64,000 bases of DNA. It comes from Candidatus Limnocylindrales bacterium (GTDB taxonomy: Bacteria; Chloroflexota; Limnocylindria; Limnocylindrales; CSP1-4). Location: contig DASUFO010000059.1 in assembly GCA_036274475.1 (NCBI GenBank), positions 1,151-65,150 on the forward strand. Direction: 5' to 3'. Shown here piece after piece: positions 63,433 to 64,000 of this stretch (the first letter of the stretch is position 1; every line of letters begins with the position of its first letter). A program made the translations under genes and the position numbers. The notes below the pieces were generated by a model, which was not told where the DNA came from, ran no database searches, and saw only the letters and a program-made list of their open reading frames with translations.

Positions 63433-63603
63433 ATGGGCTCGCGAGATCGTCCCCACCGCGAAGCGAAGAAGAAGCCGAAGTCGAAGCTCGGTCAGCCGAA
63501 GCTGTCGTCGCTCTCGGAGCCGCCGCCCCAGCAGGCGGAGCTGATCCGGAAGCCGCGCAAGCCTCGGCGCGAGGAAGAGGAAGAGACCACCGACGAGGGC
63601 TGA
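63433..63603 (+). CDS. candidate small highly charged protein (56 aa)
   Basis: It is not in the supplied ORF track (shorter than 60 aa). GGAGGAG lies 5 nt upstream of the ATG. GC3 is high. The product is MGSRDRPHREAKKKPKSKLGQPKLSSLSEPPPQQAELIRKPRKPRREEEEETTDEG. Confidence 0.4.
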   Translation: MGSRDRPHREAKKKPKSKLGQPKLSSLSEPPPQQAELIRKPRKPRREEEEETTDEG

Positions 63604-63669
63604 TCCCCGGCCCGAGGCCAATGGCACGGCCTGTCGGCAAACCAACCGTGGCGACAGGAGCGTGACGAG

Positions 63670-64000
63670 ATGGCGATGACCGGGCAGCGGACGGCGGACG
63701 ATCGGAACGGCGAGCGGAACGCGGGATCGGACCGCGCCGCTACCGAACGCGGCAAGGCGGTCGCGTCGGCGATCCTCGCCATCGAGAAGCAGTTCGGCGC
63801 CGGCTCGATCATGAAGCTCGGCTCGGCCGAGAAGCAGCAGGTCGAGGCGATTCCCTCGGGTTCGATCGCGCTGGACCTCGCGCTCGGGGTCGGCGGCATT
63901 CCGCGCGGCCGGATCACGGAGATCTATGGCCCGGAGTCGTCGGGCAAGACGACCGTCTGCCAGCACGTGATCGCGGAGGCCCAGAAGCGCGGCGGTGTCG
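63670..64000 (+). CDS. recA: recombinase RecA, N-terminal part (3' end outside the window)
   Basis: AGGAG precedes the ATG at 63670. ...[18 protein letters not shown]...[35 protein letters not shown] is canonical RecA. The frame runs off the window edge. Confidence 0.9.
   Translation, partial: MAMTGQRTADDRNGERNAGSDRAATERGKAVASAILAIEKQFGAGSIMKLGSAEKQQVEAIPSGSIALDLALGVGGIPRGRITEIYGPESSGKTTVCQHVIAEAQKRGGV

Overview
The window is a very GC-rich (about 70% by eye) bacterial chromosomal segment, and almost all of it is coding. Most genes are housekeeping. They include cysS, tRNA-Val(GAC), a T-box-controlled thrS, infC-rpmI-rplT-pheS-pheT, cvpA-mpg-mutS2, a class A PBP and tyrS. There is also a yerC-like/hisG-D-C-B-H-F-IE operon with a divergent hisA, an EF-G paralog, yebC-ruvC-ruvA, ruvB-DUF2905-tgt and the 5' end of recA. 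Many neighbouring genes overlap by 4 nt (ATGA/GTGA), and several starts look leaderless. The pheST-cvpA-mutS2 synteny, the T-box and the YerC-like gene suggest a high-GC terrabacterium, either Chloroflexota or a deep-branching Actinomycetota; this is inference only. I found no CRISPR array, transposase, integrase, prophage or recognisable defence island. The long Arg/Asp/Gly-rich ORFs antisense to real genes are GC artefacts.

The candidates most worth a second look are:
- An XRE-HTH::PD-(D/E)xK nuclease-fold gene wedged between thrS and infC.
- An Rrf2 regulator plus a PaaK/CapK-like adenylate-forming enzyme, inserted antisense between ruvA and ruvB, with palindromic operator candidates and a perfect 29-bp tandem duplication.
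- A family-2 glycosyltransferase whose N-terminus is a clear paralog of the CysRS C-terminal anticodon-binding module, two genes from cysS.
- A TrpR-like YerC gene heading the his operon, with a TAGCGTGT x3 palindromic operator array.
- Three 19-bp TGTTCG-N7-CGAACA palindromes and a likely leaderless 65-codon ORF in front of an eight-gene translationally coupled operon (orphan SBP, MA peptidase, DUF881 x2, DUF951, MFS, asparaginase, amidohydrolase).
- A methyltransferase interrupted by an in-frame TGA, and an EF-G paralog that lacks the catalytic histidine.

I cannot show that any of these is previously undescribed without database searches.
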